Positions 60,364-64,000 of a stretch of 64,000 nucleotides of DNA are shown here, one piece after another. Below the pieces are notes generated by a model. It was not told the origin of the DNA. It ran no database searches and saw only the letters and a program-made list of their open reading frames with translations. The stretch spans positions 1,451,703-1,515,702 of the forward strand of contig OZ245933.1 of assembly GCA_965229995.1 (NCBI GenBank), written 5' to 3'. This DNA is from Thermodesulfobacteriota bacterium. Its GTDB lineage: Bacteria > Desulfobacterota_D > UBA1144 > Nemesobacterales > Nemesobacteraceae. The stretch's first letter is position 1; each line of letters begins with the position of its first letter. The translations under genes and the position numbers were made by a program.

Positions 60364-61344
60364 TTATGAACCCTGACTGATCGGGAACTGCTGCCTCAAT
60401 CCATACTTGTATGGTGTGGCATAACCCCTGTAACTCGCTGGCCTCTCGTACGTCTCCGTCCAGAGTACCACCGCCGGCGGTATTACAAGATCAAATACAA
60501 ACGATATCATTCCCGTTATCTCCTGAATCTTCAGCTCCGCTCCCATGTTGTCAAACGGTGTCGCCTGCATAAACCAGTTTATCGCGTCTCCACTTGCCGT
60601 CCTGGTGTGCTCAGGCTTGATCTTGAACCTGTGCCCCTGGATCATTGCGTCAAACGGAGGCGGCAACGCCGATGGCAGATATGTTAACTGCCACTCCGAA
60701 CTCGATACGTCCGGCCGCGTTATTACCTTCATGTTGAACTTGCCCCAGTCCGTCTTGCCATAGAAATACGGAGGTGTTACCTGCTTGTCGTCGAACTGCC
60801 CTGTTGCACTATGCATCAGGTAACCGTTACGACTCATCGCATACCCAAAAAAGTCTGTGCCTTTCTCTCCACCGTGTACCGTACATCTGATGTACGACAT
60901 CTTCTTTGGAAATCCAAGTACTCGACCCGCATCCACCGGCGCGTCTCCCGTAAGATACATATACGGATAGTATCCCGCTTTCCATACATTGCCCTCTGGG
61001 TCACTGTACGTTGCCGAGATCGTTACGCCAAACTCAAGATATGGACCTAACATCGTGTTCTTATGCTCCACATACCAAAACTCTACAAGATCTGCATTCT
61101 CTCCGTCCCACACCTGCAACGGGGGATTCGGGCACAGACGTGTCCTCGTCGCCTCATCGCATCTTACTATGAATGCTGACCACCTGCTGTCCGTATACGT
61201 CAGCGGCAGCACGTCTATGTCCCATAGCGGATCCGCCGGATTCGCTATGATCCATGACTTGATATCCCGCTCTATCGGAGGGGGCGGGACCTCTTTCGTC
61301 AACTCCCAGTACTTTGTTGGGACGTTTAAATGACTATGGCTCAT
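60364..61344 (-). CDS. Acetoacetate decarboxylase (ADC)-fold protein, paralog 1
   Basis: GPYLEFG, YMYL, AGRVLGFPKK. Clearly homologous to 59362-60333. RBS AAGGAGG. Confidence 0.8.
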   Translation of the reverse strand: MSHSHLNVPTKYWELTKEVPPPPIERDIKSWIIANPADPLWDIDVLPLTYTDSRWSAFIVRCDEATRTRLCPNPPLQVWDGENADLVEFWYVEHKNTMLGPYLEFGVTISATYSDPEGNVWKAGYYPYMYLTGDAPVDAGRVLGFPKKMSYIRCTVHGGEKGTDFFGYAMSRNGYLMHSATGQFDDKQVTPPYFYGKTDWGKFNMKVITRPDVSSSEWQLTYLPSALPPPFDAMIQGHRFKIKPEHTRTASGDAINWFMQATPFDNMGAELKIQEITGMISFVFDLVIPPAVVLWTETYERPASYRGYATPYKYGLRQQFPISQGS

Positions 61345-61482
61345 ATTTAAGCCTCCTTAATTAAGATTAGGGCCAAAACTCCTAAACACTCTCCATACCT
61401 CACACTCCTCATAGCCCCCTTGTTGATAAAGTGCTTACAGCCTTGCTTGGATGCGAACTAGACGCAACCTCACCCAATCCTC

Positions 61483-61512
61483 ATTAAACCAAACACAACC
61501 CCCCTTTGTCAA
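61483..61512 (-). promoter_or_regulatory. Putative strong sigma70 promoter of the ADC-like operon
   Basis: TTGACA-18 bp-TTTAAT with a TGn extended -10. Confidence 0.6.
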
Positions 61513-61661
61513 GTACTTTTTTGCTACCTAAACCAGTGTTTCCGGTTCTGGGGTCCTGAAGAGTATCCGCCCGCTCAATTTCCTTGGGAAGACCAATGCC
61601 ATGTGAGGAGAACCGGGGGTTCTGTGTCTGCGACATAACCCGGGCTTATAGGGGATCGGGC

Positions 61662-61735
61662 AAAAAAAAGCCGCCGAAGCCACTTGATCCCGTGAGGGAA
61701 AAAACGGCTACGGCGGCAACCGGAAGGTGGAACAT
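61662..61735 (-). ncRNA. Candidate small RNA or attenuator leader
   Basis: Bounded by its own promoter (61741-61770) and the hairpin GCCGCCGTAGCC...GGCTTCGGCGGC plus T8. Inner stem TCCC-TCAC-GGGA. Confidence 0.45.
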
Positions 61736-61740
61736 TTCAT

Positions 61741-61770
61741 ATAGTACTCTCTATTGAGCAGAAATGTCAA
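61741..61770 (-). promoter_or_regulatory. Putative sigma70 promoter driving the candidate sRNA
   Basis: TTGACA-18 bp-TACTAT on the minus strand. Confidence 0.55.
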
Positions 61771-61887
61771 CAAATGTTTTTAGAGTGAATCCAAAGTTCC
61801 TTTGCCAGAGCGGCCTAAAACGGCTATACTGCCTTCCCGAAAAACTTTCTCGCTATAATTGAGGATTAGCACAGGGAGGACGCCAAA

Positions 61888-63030
61888 TTGCCTATTGATT
61901 TCGAATTCACGGACGAACAGCGCATGTTTCGTGAAATGATAGTGGATTTCGCCCAGAACGAAATAGAACCGCTGGTTGAAGAAGCGGAAACCACCCAGAC
62001 CTTCCCCAAGCAACTGTTTCCCATGCTGGGGGAGATCGGTCTGCTCGGAATCTCTTTTCCGGAAGAATACGGAGGGGTCGAACAGGACAAGATAATGGAC
62101 TGCATATTTTCCGAGGAGATGGGAAAAGTTAACGCCGGAATAGCGATGTGCGTTAACGCTCACACCAGCCTGTCCATGTTCCCCATATACAAATTCGGTT
62201 CCGAGGAGCAGAAGCAAAAATATCTCATCCCCGGAATCCAAGGCAAAATAATAGGCTCACTGGGAATCACCGAACCCAACGCCGGTTCCGACGCGCGAAG
62301 CATAAGGACTCAGGCGGAAAAAAAGGGAGACCACTACGTGCTCAACGGTACGAAAACCTGGATAACAAACGGCACGATGTGCGATTACGCGGTGGTGGCC
62401 GCCTACACCGACAAGACGAAAAAGGGTCACGGAATAAGCATGTTCATAGTGGACAAGGGCGCCCCTGGATTCTCGGTCAGCGGAAAGATGCACAAGCTCG
62501 GGCACCGCTCGGCGGACACCTCGGAACTTATATTCGAGGGCTGCGAGGTTCCCGAGGAAAACTTGCTCGTGGGAGAAGGGGGCTTTGCGGGAGCAATGGA
62601 GACCTTGCTCGGAGCGCGTATAACCCACTCCGCGAAAAGCGTTGGAATAGCGCAGGCCGCCTTTGAGTACGCCCTTCAGTATTCAAAGGAAAGAGAGGCG
62701 TTCGGAAGACCCATATCGAAGTTCCAGGCCATAAGCTTCAAGCTCGCCGACATGGCAGTCAAAATAGAAACCGCAAGACTCATGGTTTACAAGGCCGCTT
62801 GGCTCTACAGCAACGGGAAAAGATGTCTTAAGGAAGCTTCCATGGCCAAGCTTTACTCGGCCGAGATAGTACAGTCGGTAGCAACCGAAGCTCTGCAGGT
62901 GCTCGGGGGCTACGGCTACAGCGTCGAGTACAACGCGGAGAGATACTACCGCGACGCAAGGCTGGCTTCCATAACCGAAGGCACTTCGGAGATACAGCGT
63001 ATCGTTATTTCGCGCGAACTTGGAATTTAG
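61888..63030 (+). CDS. Acyl-CoA dehydrogenase
   Basis: ITEPNAGSD, LNGTKTWITNG, KLG.R..DT.EL.F, R.AFGRPI.KFQ, EGTSEIQR. Confidence 0.95.
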   Translation: MPIDFEFTDEQRMFREMIVDFAQNEIEPLVEEAETTQTFPKQLFPMLGEIGLLGISFPEEYGGVEQDKIMDCIFSEEMGKVNAGIAMCVNAHTSLSMFPIYKFGSEEQKQKYLIPGIQGKIIGSLGITEPNAGSDARSIRTQAEKKGDHYVLNGTKTWITNGTMCDYAVVAAYTDKTKKGHGISMFIVDKGAPGFSVSGKMHKLGHRSADTSELIFEGCEVPEENLLVGEGGFAGAMETLLGARITHSAKSVGIAQAAFEYALQYSKEREAFGRPISKFQAISFKLADMAVKIETARLMVYKAAWLYSNGKRCLKEASMAKLYSAEIVQSVATEALQVLGGYGYSVEYNAERYYRDARLASITEGTSEIQRIVISRELGI

Positions 63031-63113
63031 GTTTGGCAAATGCGGTTGGTATACAGTAATATGATACGGAATTTTTGAATTTAGAGCGTTTAAGTTAAGG
63101 AGGAGGCAGTACA

Positions 63114-64000
63114 ATGTCAGAGAATCTTCCGGGCATACAAGAGACCCGAGAACTTCTTAAGAAGAAAAAAGTGGTTATCGCCGGGGTGGGCGAAACGGAA
63201 CAGGGTAAAATCCCTAATAAAAGCTCCTTTCATTTCCTGAGCGAAGCATCGAAGCTCGCTATTGAGGACGCTGGGCTAAAAAAAGACGACGTCGACGGTC
63301 TTGTGACGGCGTTCTCCTTGGTGGAGCACACTTTTATGCACTGCACCACCTTTGCCGACTACTTCGGGATGAACCCAAAGTTCTTCTCCTCAGTAGCGGT
63401 AGGGGGAGCGACAGCTGTGTGGATGGTGGCCGAGGCCGCCATGGCCATAGCTTCGGGACAGGCTCAAGTGGTTCTTTGCGTAAGAGGGGACAACACACTT
63501 TCAGGGATATCCTCTTCAGGGATGCTCGCCCTTATAAGGGAGATGTGCCACGCTGAGTTTGAGTTCCCATACGGACTCACTACTCCCGGGGGATACGCGC
63601 TTGCGGCGCAGAGATACCTCCATGACTGGGGTAGCCGCAGAGAGCATCTCGCAGCGGTAGCGGTAACAATGAGAAAGCACGCCGCCGATAAAGAAAACGC
63701 CATGAACAAGGACCCTCTCTCAATAGAGGACGTACTTAGCTCAAGGGTGATAGCGGAGCCTCTTACCAAGTATGACTGCTCCGTTATCTCAGACGGGGGA
63801 GCGGCTTTCATAGTCACTACAGAAGACAAGGCAAAGGAACTTGGAATAACAAACGGTCTTGCGTACCTCTGGGGAATGGGACAGGGATACTCTCACCAGT
63901 ACCTTACGTCGCTTGAGAACCTTGACCAGATATACAACGCTGTTGAGCGCTCGGGGCAGAAGGCTTTCGGCACTGCCGGGATAGAGCCAAGGGATGTTGA
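63114..64000 (+). CDS. Thiolase-family protein (SCP-x/lipid-transfer type), partial
   Basis: Manual translation from ATG 63114 (RBS AGGAGG): VVIAGVGET, AIEDAGLKKDDVDGL, YALAAQRYLH, IAEPLTKYDCSVISDGGAA. Runs off the window end. Confidence 0.88.
   Translation, partial: MSENLPGIQETRELLKKKKVVIAGVGETEQGKIPNKSSFHFLSEASKLAIEDAGLKKDDVDGLVTAFSLVEHTFMHCTTFADYFGMNPKFFSSVAVGGATAVWMVAEAAMAIASGQAQVVLCVRGDNTLSGISSSGMLALIREMCHAEFEFPYGLTTPGGYALAAQRYLHDWGSRREHLAAVAVTMRKHAADKENAMNKDPLSIEDVLSSRVIAEPLTKYDCSVISDGGAAFIVTTEDKAKELGITNGLAYLWGMGQGYSHQYLTSLENLDQIYNAVERSGQKAFGTAGIEPRDV

Overview
Bacterial chromosomal window, mostly housekeeping: partial pcrA/uvrD, tRNA-Gln(TTG), ispE, pal/cpoB, hemL-atpZ-atpI-atpB-atpE, cca, xseA, double-domain thyX, queCE, methylmalonyl-CoA mutase with meaB, fbp/fbaB/pgk/gap, argC, cofE, glcDEF, tsaC, an acyl-CoA dehydrogenase and a partial thiolase. 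The split Fo operon after hemL, F420 genes and eukaryote-like surface proteins suggest a deltaproteobacteria-related host-associated lineage such as sponge Dadabacteria; this is inference only. Most notable: (1) a secreted protein with two animal-type SRCR domains between ispE and tRNA-Gln; (2) a 1315-aa surface protein combining a CxxCH motif, Calx-beta-like domains, six near-identical 285/288-bp PKD-like repeats and a GGC-TM-basic tail; (3) an RND efflux pair split by duplication and reciprocal decay, with a 46-codon internally deleted permease remnant missing from the ORF track; (4) two intact but catalytically degenerate proteins, a pseudo-sirtuin and a truncated acyl-CoA ligase; (5) a tandem pair of acetoacetate-decarboxylase-fold paralogs with strong expression signals, preceded by a candidate ~75-nt sRNA that has its own promoter and terminator; (6) a frameshifted arginase and a HipA-type toxin-antitoxin insertion. 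All calls come from manual motif reading; no database search was run.
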